Shown here: positions 18,674-26,306 of the stretch, one piece after another | Layout of the letters: each line of letters starts with the position of its first letter | Position numbering within the stretch: position 1 is the first letter of the stretch | DNA from: Syntrophaceae bacterium | Lineage (GTDB): Bacteria; Desulfobacterota; Syntrophia; Syntrophales; Smithellaceae | Assembly: GCA_003139775.1 (NCBI GenBank) | Contig: PLGI01000080.1 | Location: forward strand, 34,063-98,062 | Reading direction: 5' to 3' | Length of the DNA stretch: 64,000 bases | Made by a program: the position numbers and the translations under genes | Notes under the pieces: model-generated | Told to the model about the DNA's origin: nothing | Database searches by the model: none | Seen by the model: only the letters and a program-made list of their open reading frames with translations

Positions 18674-19714
18674 TTAGTGTAGAATTTTAAGGTTTATATC
18701 AGCGCGCCGCAGGGCCGATTCAATAATGGAGCTGATTAATACAGGATAGCTCATGCCCAGCAGATTACAGAGAATGGGCAAATCCGAACGCTTAGGGTTT
18801 AGTCCGGCAAGCGAATTAACTTCCATGAAATGCGGTGCTCCATGGACATCAGAGCGTAAATCCACACGTCCGGCATCTTTTAAATCCAAATAACGCCAGG
18901 CTTTGAGGGCTATTTCCCTAGCTTGCTTGGCTTCGTTATCATCAACCAAAGCGTATTGGACGAGATTTTCATAATGTTCCTTATTTTCATAGGAATAAGC
19001 ATTTTTATCCGCAGTTGGCTTTAAAATAACTTCCATTACTCCCAGCACTTTAGCATCTTTTGCGGTGCCTAATATGCCGACGGTAAATTCACGGCCGGGA
19101 AGATATGTTTCGACCAGCGCAGGCTGCTTAAAAGTCTGTAAAATGTATTTGCAGGTCCGACGCAATTCTTCACGATTGATTATTTTTGACAGCGCCGTTA
19201 TGCCCTTGCTCGTTCCTTCCGCTACCGGTTTGGCAAAAAGAGGAAAAGGAAGATTAACGTTGTCAATTTCCGCATCACTGTTAACTACAGCAAAATCTGG
19301 TGTGGGTATTCCTAAATCGCGGAGAACATGTTTGGTCATTCCCTTATGGAGAGAAAGGGTATGACCAAGTGGATCGGAAAAAGTATAAGGGATGTTAAAT
19401 GCGTCCAACAGAGCGGGAATTTGTGCTTCGCGTCCGAAACCATTAAGGCCTTCAGCAATGTTAAAAACGAGATCCCAGCGGTTTTCTGCGGCAAGCCGGC
19501 GAGTCAACGCTTTTACGTTGCCAATTCGATCAGCTTGAAAACCATTATCTAAAATCACCTTTTCAATAGCTTCGATTGTATCGAGAAGATCGAATTCAGC
19601 CGTTTCTTCTAGACCATATCCTTCTTTCAAATAATCATCGCGTAAATCATAAGTTATGCCAATTTTCAATTTTTTACTGACGCGATTCAATGTTAAATTA
19701 TCTACCCCCTGCAA
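18674..19714 (-). CDS. D-alanine--D-alanine ligase-like ATP-grasp enzyme (paralog 1)
   Basis: 346-aa ORF with an ATP-grasp core (DAGRVDLRSDVHGAPHFMEVNSLAGL). The start codon is uncertain: TTG 19714, or an internal TTG before KIGITYD. Confidence 0.8.
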   Translation of the reverse strand: MQGVDNLTLNRVSKKLKIGITYDLRDDYLKEGYGLEETAEFDLLDTIEAIEKVILDNGFQADRIGNVKALTRRLAAENRWDLVFNIAEGLNGFGREAQIPALLDAFNIPYTFSDPLGHTLSLHKGMTKHVLRDLGIPTPDFAVVNSDAEIDNVNLPFPLFAKPVAEGTSKGITALSKIINREELRRTCKYILQTFKQPALVETYLPGREFTVGILGTAKDAKVLGVMEVILKPTADKNAYSYENKEHYENLVQYALVDDNEAKQAREIALKAWRYLDLKDAGRVDLRSDVHGAPHFMEVNSLAGLNPKRSDLPILCNLLGMSYPVLISSIIESALRRADINLKILH

Positions 19715-19729
19715 TAAATTTCTGCCAAT

Positions 19730-21037
19730 TTAATGTATATCCTTCGATTTTGCGTGGTTGTCGGGGTAGCGGAAAGTATTACCTTCGTAATTACGCAGCA
19801 GCAAAGCGCCATTTTCCCATCCGATGGCATATTCGGGGAGCAAAGGAATTTTGCCGCCGCCGCCGGGAGCATCGACAACATAAGTAGGCACAGCATAACC
19901 GGTAGTATACCCGCGCATGCCTTGAATAATTTCAATACCCTTGCTTATCGGTGTCCGGAAATGAGAGGAGCCCGGAATGGGATCACACTGATACAGATAA
20001 TAAGGACGAACTCTGATTTGCAGTAGGCCATGTACCAATCTCATCATGGTGACAACGTCATCATTGATATCGGAAAGCAGCACGGTCTGACTTCCCAATG
20101 GAATGCCGGCGTCGGCCAGGCGGATACAGGCGGCGCTCATTTCCGGCGTTAATTCGTCGGGATGGGTGATATGAATGCTCAACCATAAAGGATGATATTT
20201 TTTCAGCATAGAGGTAAGAGCCGGAGTTATTCTCTGAGGCAAAACAACAGGCACTTTGGTTCCGATACGCAGAAGTTCAATATGAGGAATTTTGTGCAGA
20301 CGCATTAACAGCCAATCCAGCTTTTCATCGGACAAGGTTAAAGGATCGCCGCCGGAGAGAAGTACGTCCCGGATGTTTTTATTGCCGGCAATATATTCTA
20401 TAGCCTTTTCCCATTTTTCGAAGTCGACAAGATGTTGATTACTGCGTTCGATAATTCGGGAACGTGTGCAATAGCGGCAATATGTCGAACAGTGGTCGGT
20501 CACTAAAAATAGCACGCGATCGGGATAGCGATGAATAATGCCCGGCACCGGAGAATCGGCATCCTCGCACAGCGGATCTTCTTCTTCGCCTGCGGTATGC
20601 AAGCATTCATCTACAACGGGAACAACGCAGCGGCGCAGCGGATCTGAAGGATCATCAGAATCGAGCAGGCTGGCATAATAAGGCGTAATGGAAACAGGCA
20701 ACGCTCCCGAGTGATGCATCATTGCCTGACGTTCATTATCCGAAAGATTAAGTATTTGAGACAAGGTGTCGACGTCCCTGATGGCGTTACGCAACTGCCA
20801 ATGCCAGTCAAACCATTCCATACGGGTAATTTCGGGATAATTTCGGGTTCGGAAAATACGTGATCGAGGGGAATCTTTAAAAGGAAATAAAACTCTATCT
20901 GACTTTTTTTTAATCGGGTAAAGAGAAACATCTTCTTTGAATAACAAAAAGTCACTTACATCATTTTTAGCATTAACAAGACCGGTCAATGGACCAGGAG
21001 GTTCCTCCTCCTCATTAAATAGGGTCTCGTTTTCCAT
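19730..21037 (-). CDS. kamA: Lysine 2,3-aminomutase (KamA family radical SAM/PLP enzyme)
   Basis: 435-aa ORF with CSTYCRYCTRS (CxxxCxxC), YYLYQCD...HFRT and TYVVDAPGGGGK motifs. AAGGAGG lies 6 nt upstream of the ATG. Confidence 0.85.
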   Translation of the reverse strand: MENETLFNEEEEPPGPLTGLVNAKNDVSDFLLFKEDVSLYPIKKKSDRVLFPFKDSPRSRIFRTRNYPEITRMEWFDWHWQLRNAIRDVDTLSQILNLSDNERQAMMHHSGALPVSITPYYASLLDSDDPSDPLRRCVVPVVDECLHTAGEEEDPLCEDADSPVPGIIHRYPDRVLFLVTDHCSTYCRYCTRSRIIERSNQHLVDFEKWEKAIEYIAGNKNIRDVLLSGGDPLTLSDEKLDWLLMRLHKIPHIELLRIGTKVPVVLPQRITPALTSMLKKYHPLWLSIHITHPDELTPEMSAACIRLADAGIPLGSQTVLLSDINDDVVTMMRLVHGLLQIRVRPYYLYQCDPIPGSSHFRTPISKGIEIIQGMRGYTTGYAVPTYVVDAPGGGGKIPLLPEYAIGWENGALLLRNYEGNTFRYPDNHAKSKDIH

Positions 21038-21109
21038 TTTGTTCCTCCTTCTGGGGGTTTCCCTCCCGTGAAATTATTTTGTAATAAAAAATTACAAACT
21101 TTTATAATT

Positions 21110-21138
21110 TTAATGTACTCATCTGGAATATTTGTCAA
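21110..21138 (-). promoter_or_regulatory. Candidate sigma-70 promoter for the kamA operon
   Basis: On the minus strand: TTGACA (21138-21133), a 17-nt spacer, then CATTAA (21115-21110). This is about 70 nt upstream of the kamA ATG. Confidence 0.3.
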
Positions 21139-21763
21139 CACTTTTTTTTATTTTTGTTATAAAAAAATAAAATATTTTTTAAAGGGATCTTCCTTAAAAA
21201 TAATATTCTCTAACTTTTTCAGCTTTATTTGACGGCCTAATGTGCAAATTCTATTATTTGATCGGGCCCAATATGAAACCTTTGATGTTGCGTAAACACT
21301 GATGGAATCTATATCAGAGCGTTATGGAAGCGACCGACTGGGGTGAGGGATGGTTCCATGGAAAAAGAAAATCCTTTTGGAAAAATGGATGGAAAGGTCT
21401 GGCGATGTGAAATTATGTCTAACGGTGGATCGTCTAGCAAACTGATTGTGTTTGGTTAAAGATCGGGGTAGGTTTGTCAAGCGGAAAAAAGAAGTAGGCA
21501 AAAAAAATTATTTTTAGTAACAGTAGAAACGGAAGGATTGTTGAAAACCCCATGTTTGGAGGCTGTTCAAAAATGTTCAGATGCAAGGCACGCGAAGAAC
21601 CGAACCGCGAGGCGTATAACCTAAAGGTCACACGCATGGATATACGTTGAGCGATGCGGTTTGCAGCGCAACCCCGGCCTTCGCCGGGGTAAACTCCGCA
21701 GATGAGCGTTTTTCAATAGCCCCACAGAAGATAAATGTGTCCTTATAGCTATGGAGAGAAGAA

Positions 21764-22537
21764 ATGCCCGAATTGCCCGAAGTAGAAACTCTAAGCCGCC
21801 AAATGCAAGAAAAGATTTGCGGCCTGAAGATATTAGCCACCGAAGTTTACGACGATAAACTGGCCGGCATCAAAAATCTTAAGGGAAGAATAGTCACTGC
21901 GGTTGAGCGCAGGGGCAAAACAGTAGCCATTCTTCTTGATGACGGGAATTTCGTGTTAATCCATCTGCGCATGACGGGAAGGCTTTTTTGGCAGGAGGAT
22001 TCGACAAGGCCGAAACATAGCCGCTGGAGAATGGCTTTTGCCGATGGCAATGTCTTTCTTATTGATCCACGCCGTTTTGCCACGATCGGGATATTAAAGA
22101 AAGTGGAGGGCGACTCCGGCAAAGATATTTTCAAAGAATTTGATCTTAAAGCTTTCCTGAAAAACCATGGAAGCCGCAGGACAAAAGTTAAATCGCTGAT
22201 TATGGATCAAAGAGCCGTGGCGGGCATAGGCAACATTTACGCGTGTGAGATTTTACACCGAACCGGTATTCATCCCAAACGAGTAGCGGTAACTTTAATG
22301 AAAAATGACTGGAAAAAAATATTTCGTCAGGCCAAAATCGTGTTAAAGACAGCGATTAAAAAAAGAGGCACGTCTATTTCCGATTGGCGCGATCTGTATG
22401 GCCGTAAAGGCGAAAACCAGCACGAGTTAAAAGCCTATGGGCGGGAAGGAAAGCGTTGTTCAATTTGCGGCGGCACAATTTGCCGGATAAAGCAAAACGG
22501 ACGCAGTACATTTTTTTGTCCCGCTTGCCAGAAGTAA
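21764..22537 (+). CDS. mutM: Formamidopyrimidine-DNA glycosylase
   Basis: 257-aa ORF starting MPELPEVET, with the C-terminal zinc finger CSICGG...CPACQ. Confidence 0.92.
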   Translation: MPELPEVETLSRQMQEKICGLKILATEVYDDKLAGIKNLKGRIVTAVERRGKTVAILLDDGNFVLIHLRMTGRLFWQEDSTRPKHSRWRMAFADGNVFLIDPRRFATIGILKKVEGDSGKDIFKEFDLKAFLKNHGSRRTKVKSLIMDQRAVAGIGNIYACEILHRTGIHPKRVAVTLMKNDWKKIFRQAKIVLKTAIKKRGTSISDWRDLYGRKGENQHELKAYGREGKRCSICGGTICRIKQNGRSTFFCPACQK

Positions 22538-22568
22538 TTGTTCGCTGTCCACAATGACAATCATGGAT

Positions 22569-22760
22569 GCGGCAGTTGAAGGGGCATCCAAACGCTCCAA
22601 ATCCCCTGCAACTGTGGCTCTATGGCTTATTACGCGACAGCCGGAAACTCTCCGCCACGGCGGATCAGACAGTCCGGCTGTCTGAAGCTACATTTCGCCT
22701 AGAGCCACAATGTTTCGGGCATAGTCGCTTATTGTATGCCCCGGTTAAACTGCCGTTTTT
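22569..22760 (+). ncRNA. Candidate structured ncRNA (about 190-nt irregular long hairpin, 6S-RNA-like architecture, ending in a U-run)
   Basis: Four nested helices: 22570-22577/22748-22755, 22581-22587/22736-22742, 22613-22622/22700-22709 and 22665-22672/22678-22685. They are followed by TTTTT at 22756-22760. The region is a convergent intergenic gap. Confidence 0.4.
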
Positions 22761-22840
22761 AGGTTTATGAGACTCCTCATTAAGTGGATTGTTGAGAATA
22801 AACCGAACGCTGTTGTCCCCAATTACTTAATTCGTGCTGT

Positions 22841-23452
22841 TTAACCGCAAATTTCACGAGTTGGTCCAACTTGCCTGACTGGTCGTCGAGCATCTTCAAT
22901 TTCCTTGCGCTTTGTCTCCAGATTAACATAGTTAGGAACATTATCGCTGCTCCTAACTAATAGGTTAGTTATGTGCGGTTCAAATTTTTCAGGAAGAGTT
23001 TCTTCATTCCAAACACCATTCCTGTAGACATACTTATTGTAAGCCTCACAACGATCTCTAACACCCACAAGTGTATATATAACAGGTTGACCGTTTTCCA
23101 GGTCGAGGATTAGGGGTATTTCCGGAAATAGCATTGAAGATTTCTTTAACGTCCGATACTCAACAGCTTTGCCCGATCCATCAGGATTAATGAATCGTAT
23201 ATGATTTTCTTTAGGTTTTAGACCTCTGCGGTTAGATGCCCATTCACCACCACCGCTCTCTAGCACTCTTTCCCTTTCTACGACAATGATGCGCCCATCG
23301 CTCAAATTCACTTCTTCTTTCCATTTTTCCGTACTACCAAATCCTAAAAAACCGCATGCATTCATGCTTGTCACCCCTATAAAAATAAAAATGAAGATAA
23401 TTATGCTGATGCTGGTTTTATTATTCCATCTGCCGTTCTCTTTTTTCTTCAT
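22841..23452 (-). CDS. Hypothetical lipoprotein
   Basis: The start is set at ATG 23452 (AAGGAGG 5 nt upstream). It has a signal peptide with a lipobox-like TSMNAC. No recognisable domain. Confidence 0.6.
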   Translation of the reverse strand: MKKKENGRWNNKTSISIIIFIFIFIGVTSMNACGFLGFGSTEKWKEEVNLSDGRIIVVERERVLESGGGEWASNRRGLKPKENHIRFINPDGSGKAVEYRTLKKSSMLFPEIPLILDLENGQPVIYTLVGVRDRCEAYNKYVYRNGVWNEETLPEKFEPHITNLLVRSSDNVPNYVNLETKRKEIEDARRPVRQVGPTREICG

Positions 23453-23518
23453 GCCGCCCTCCTTAGATTTTCTGTCGCACAGATACACTGCCTGATTAAT
23501 GAGCCCAATCACCATGCA

Positions 23519-23986
23519 CTATTTTTTATAATCTTGGAAAGAAAACAAATAACGCCAGCCGCGGTCGTAAATCAGAACGAAAACAGACATGCAAAAAAGT
23601 GAAAGGTCACGCACAAGATAAAACCAATTTATATTTCCCGAAGACGCTCCAAAACATCCGCAGGAAATATCCAGACCTCGCATTAAGTTGATAGTTAACA
23701 CTGTGGCGAACGTCATAAATAATAAGGAAGACAATAAAGCAGCTCCTCGCTTAAAAATGCCGACAACGAGACTTATCGCTATGAGAACTTCCAGCCATGG
23801 GAAAAATATGGCCGATACGTTGATGGCAAAGTCCGGAAGCAGTTGATAGTTATAAATGGCTACGGCAATATCACCCGGATTGATAATTTTTTCTATACCG
23901 GCATAAAAGAAAATGATTGCCAAAGCTAATCGGCAAATTAGAGCAAGCAGGGGAATGAAAGGACGAGGGAAGTTTCTTAATTTCAT
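23519..23986 (-). CDS. MauE/DoxX family membrane protein
   Basis: Four hydrophobic segments and the DISCGCFG motif. ATG 23986 forms an ATGA overlap with the rhodanese stop. Confidence 0.7.
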   Translation of the reverse strand: MKLRNFPRPFIPLLALICRLALAIIFFYAGIEKIINPGDIAVAIYNYQLLPDFAINVSAIFFPWLEVLIAISLVVGIFKRGAALLSSLLFMTFATVLTINLMRGLDISCGCFGASSGNINWFYLVRDLSLFCMSVFVLIYDRGWRYLFSFQDYKK

Positions 23987-24486
23987 TTCTTTCCTTTGGA
24001 GACGGGATAACCAGCTTTTAACCAGATACTCCATCCATTTACTAAAACTTTAACTGTCGTAATACCGCGCTGTATCAGCGCGTACGCGGTTTCTTTGCTC
24101 AAGGGACATTGAGGGCCATCGCAGTATGTTACAAAGATAAAACCCTGATCGGCTTTAATTTTCAGGCTGGATGCATGAAGAGAAGCATCCTCAGGATAGA
24201 TGTTGATCGCGCTAGCTATATGGCCTTCTTCAAAACTAAAGGGATCGCGGGCGTCAATAAAGATGACCTTATTTTTCGCATACAGATCGTAAGCTTCGGA
24301 AAGAGTTATTGAGAGGATTTTAGCTTGTTGCTCCTTAACTAAAGCCGCAGAGGAGAAACCGAACAAAGGCATATTATTAAATCTGAGCAAGGTAAAAATA
24401 ATGGCAATAAATAAAGCAACTGCCAGGATAATTATGCCTTCACGAAAAGCCGGATAAAGTTTTTGCGAGAGATTATTTGGGGTCAT
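23983..24486 (-). CDS. Membrane-anchored rhodanese-like domain protein
   Basis: N-terminal TM segment. The rhodanese fold pattern (IDARDP..FEEGHI..AINI) carries the active-site loop YCDGPQCPLS. Confidence 0.7.
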   Translation of the reverse strand: MTPNNLSQKLYPAFREGIIILAVALFIAIIFTLLRFNNMPLFGFSSAALVKEQQAKILSITLSEAYDLYAKNKVIFIDARDPFSFEEGHIASAINIYPEDASLHASSLKIKADQGFIFVTYCDGPQCPLSKETAYALIQRGITTVKVLVNGWSIWLKAGYPVSKGKK

Positions 24487-24512
24487 TTCTATATTGTGCC
24501 GAATATTTAATA

Positions 24513-25022
24513 TTATTTATCCGGTGGATTATAGGCCTCAATTATCCATTGGCGGATTTTACTTTTCGGAGGCACTTCACCCACCGACAAGACTTTATTA
24601 TTTATCACCAAGGCCGGAGAGCCTAACAATTCATAATGCGCTATTTCTTTTAAGTCGGTAATGTGGTGCAAATTAGCGGCAATTTTCATTTCCGATAATA
24701 AATCACGGACATCATTTTCCAATTGACTGCAACGAGCGCATCCCATACCCAAAACTGCTATGTTCAGTCCGTGGCTGGGTTCTTCAGCAACGAGTAAACC
24801 TTGCGCGATCTTAGATTCGTGTAAAAGCGCGTGTCCGTAAGCGTCTTGTGCAGAGGGAGGCACGTAATTATTGAGAACAATTTCACTGAGCAAAATATTT
24901 TTAATGTCTTTGTCGTTCTTGTCCCGATGTGTTTCAACGGTTTTTTTTATTATATCTTCCAAGCCAACGATACCGACCAAATGATCGTTAATCATAATTT
25001 GTTTGATTTCATCTTTAGCCAT
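24513..25022 (-). CDS. Thioredoxin_3-type (redox-active disulfide protein 2-like) domain protein with an unknown N-terminal domain
   Basis: The C-terminal half reads NIAVLGMGCARCSQLEN...GSPALVINNKV, which is CxxC in a TM0996/MTH895-like context. Confidence 0.65.
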   Translation of the reverse strand: MAKDEIKQIMINDHLVGIVGLEDIIKKTVETHRDKNDKDIKNILLSEIVLNNYVPPSAQDAYGHALLHESKIAQGLLVAEEPSHGLNIAVLGMGCARCSQLENDVRDLLSEMKIAANLHHITDLKEIAHYELLGSPALVINNKVLSVGEVPPKSKIRQWIIEAYNPPDK

Positions 25023-25177
25023 AGTGTTTCCTGAAATATTTTATCCGCTAAAGGTATTAGTGCAAGACTGATTCGTCAAGGAGAAAATTGAATATGAAGA
25101 TCATCAGCGGCATCCTTGACCGAAGAAGCTAAAATTCCAGATGTTCGAAAAAGCCTTCTAATCACCTTCTGTCCGAA

Positions 25178-25282
25178 TTTCATTGTTGAAACTCCAATTC
25201 CAAAAGCGAAGCGGAATTGGTAAGTTGAACAATCCCGCGAAGCGGAGAGTTTAATACCCCGCCGCTTGCTTTGGGGTTCATG
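25178..25282 (-). repeat. Multi-hairpin repeat element, diverged copy C (inverted relative to copies A and B)
   Basis: The minus strand shares CTC.GCTTCGCGGGAT..TTC.AC.TA with A/B. The second hairpin is replaced by a different but still complementary pair, CCAATTCC/GGAATTGG. Confidence 0.65.
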
Positions 25283-25289
25283 CCCGTGA

Positions 25290-25338
25290 TTGAAACAATG
25301 TTTCATTTTTATCTTGATATTTGAAACAATGTTTCATA
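25290..25338. promoter_or_regulatory. Two identical palindromic operators (TTGAAACAaTGTTTCAT) upstream of the TetR gene
   Basis: The perfect inverted repeat TGAAACA-N-TGTTTCA occurs at 25291-25305 and again at 25322-25336, 31 nt apart. The second lies 39 nt before the tetR ATG. Confidence 0.75.
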
Positions 25339-25374
25339 TTATGTTTGCAATTAAAACATGAAATTTAGGATATT

Positions 25375-25986
25375 ATGATAGCAGAAAAACCGGTAATCCC
25401 TGAAAAATTAAAAGAACGACTGTATCCCGTGGTGTTGCGTCAATTTTCCAGGAAAGATTTCCATGCGGTAAATATACGCGATATATCAAAAGAAAGTGGA
25501 ATTAGCACGGGAACCATATACAAATATTTTTCATCAAAAGAAGATATTCTTTTTTCCATCATTGACGAAAAATTGCGCGATCTCGCCTCATTATTGAGGA
25601 TGCATATTGCGGGAACTGAGGATATTCGCGAGATGTTTAGAAAGTTGTTCTGGGTTACGATGAATTTTTTTGATAACAATCCTGAGCTTGCAATTACGGC
25701 TTTTATAACAGTTCCATTGAAAAGCTTTATGGCGAATAAATCTTATAAAAGAGAAACAGAAATAGATATATTGAACGGGATAATCGAAAAGGCAAAAAAA
25801 AGAGGTGCGGTTATCTCAGATATTGAAAATCATTATTTTGCTGACCTTTATATAATGATCATGAACAGGCACATACAGAACTGGTATGTCCATGGAATGA
25901 AATGGAAACTTGCCGACTCGATAAACAATTTTTTTGATTTTTTCTGGAAAGTGGTCGCGCCCCTGGGTGAAAAGGAATCGCAATGA
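25375..25986 (+). CDS. TetR/AcrR family transcriptional regulator
   Basis: 203-aa ORF with the N-terminal HTH motif ISKESGISTGTIYKYFSSKEDIL. Confidence 0.9.
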   Translation: MIAEKPVIPEKLKERLYPVVLRQFSRKDFHAVNIRDISKESGISTGTIYKYFSSKEDILFSIIDEKLRDLASLLRMHIAGTEDIREMFRKLFWVTMNFFDNNPELAITAFITVPLKSFMANKSYKRETEIDILNGIIEKAKKRGAVISDIENHYFADLYIMIMNRHIQNWYVHGMKWKLADSINNFFDFFWKVVAPLGEKESQ

Positions 25987-26031
25987 TATTTTTATTTCGT
26001 AAACGGGAAAAGTTTATAGATGCAGCAGGTG

Positions 26032-26202
26032 TTAATCCCCCGGCTTCAGCCTAGGGAGGAATGCGGTGTAACCAGCGGGAGGTCGACGTTATCCTCTGCT
26101 TCACGGGATAATTCGACCTGCAAGCTTCAGTGCACTTTGTTTCTGAAGTTTGGGTCTCATTATTGTGGGGAGCCTCCGGCTCCTGCCGGAGGGGACTCCA
26201 CT
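26032..26202 (+). repeat. Multi-hairpin repeat element, copy B
   Basis: Aligns with 13223-13407, apart from an 18-nt indel near the 5' end and scattered substitutions. Confidence 0.85.
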
Positions 26203-26306
26203 GATGAATTAAGTAGAATATTAGCTTGTTCCTGTCTAAGTATTAGATATAATACTTATAAAATTATTTGGTTTATAATTATAAAAAATTCGCTGTTGTA
26301 TAGAGG

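Noticed and set aside
21324-21410. Trp-rich 28-codon mini-ORF that could be a leader peptide.
   Set aside because: It has no convincing Shine-Dalgarno sequence, no downstream trp-related genes and no attenuator-terminator pair. It is mentioned only inside the long-gap finding.
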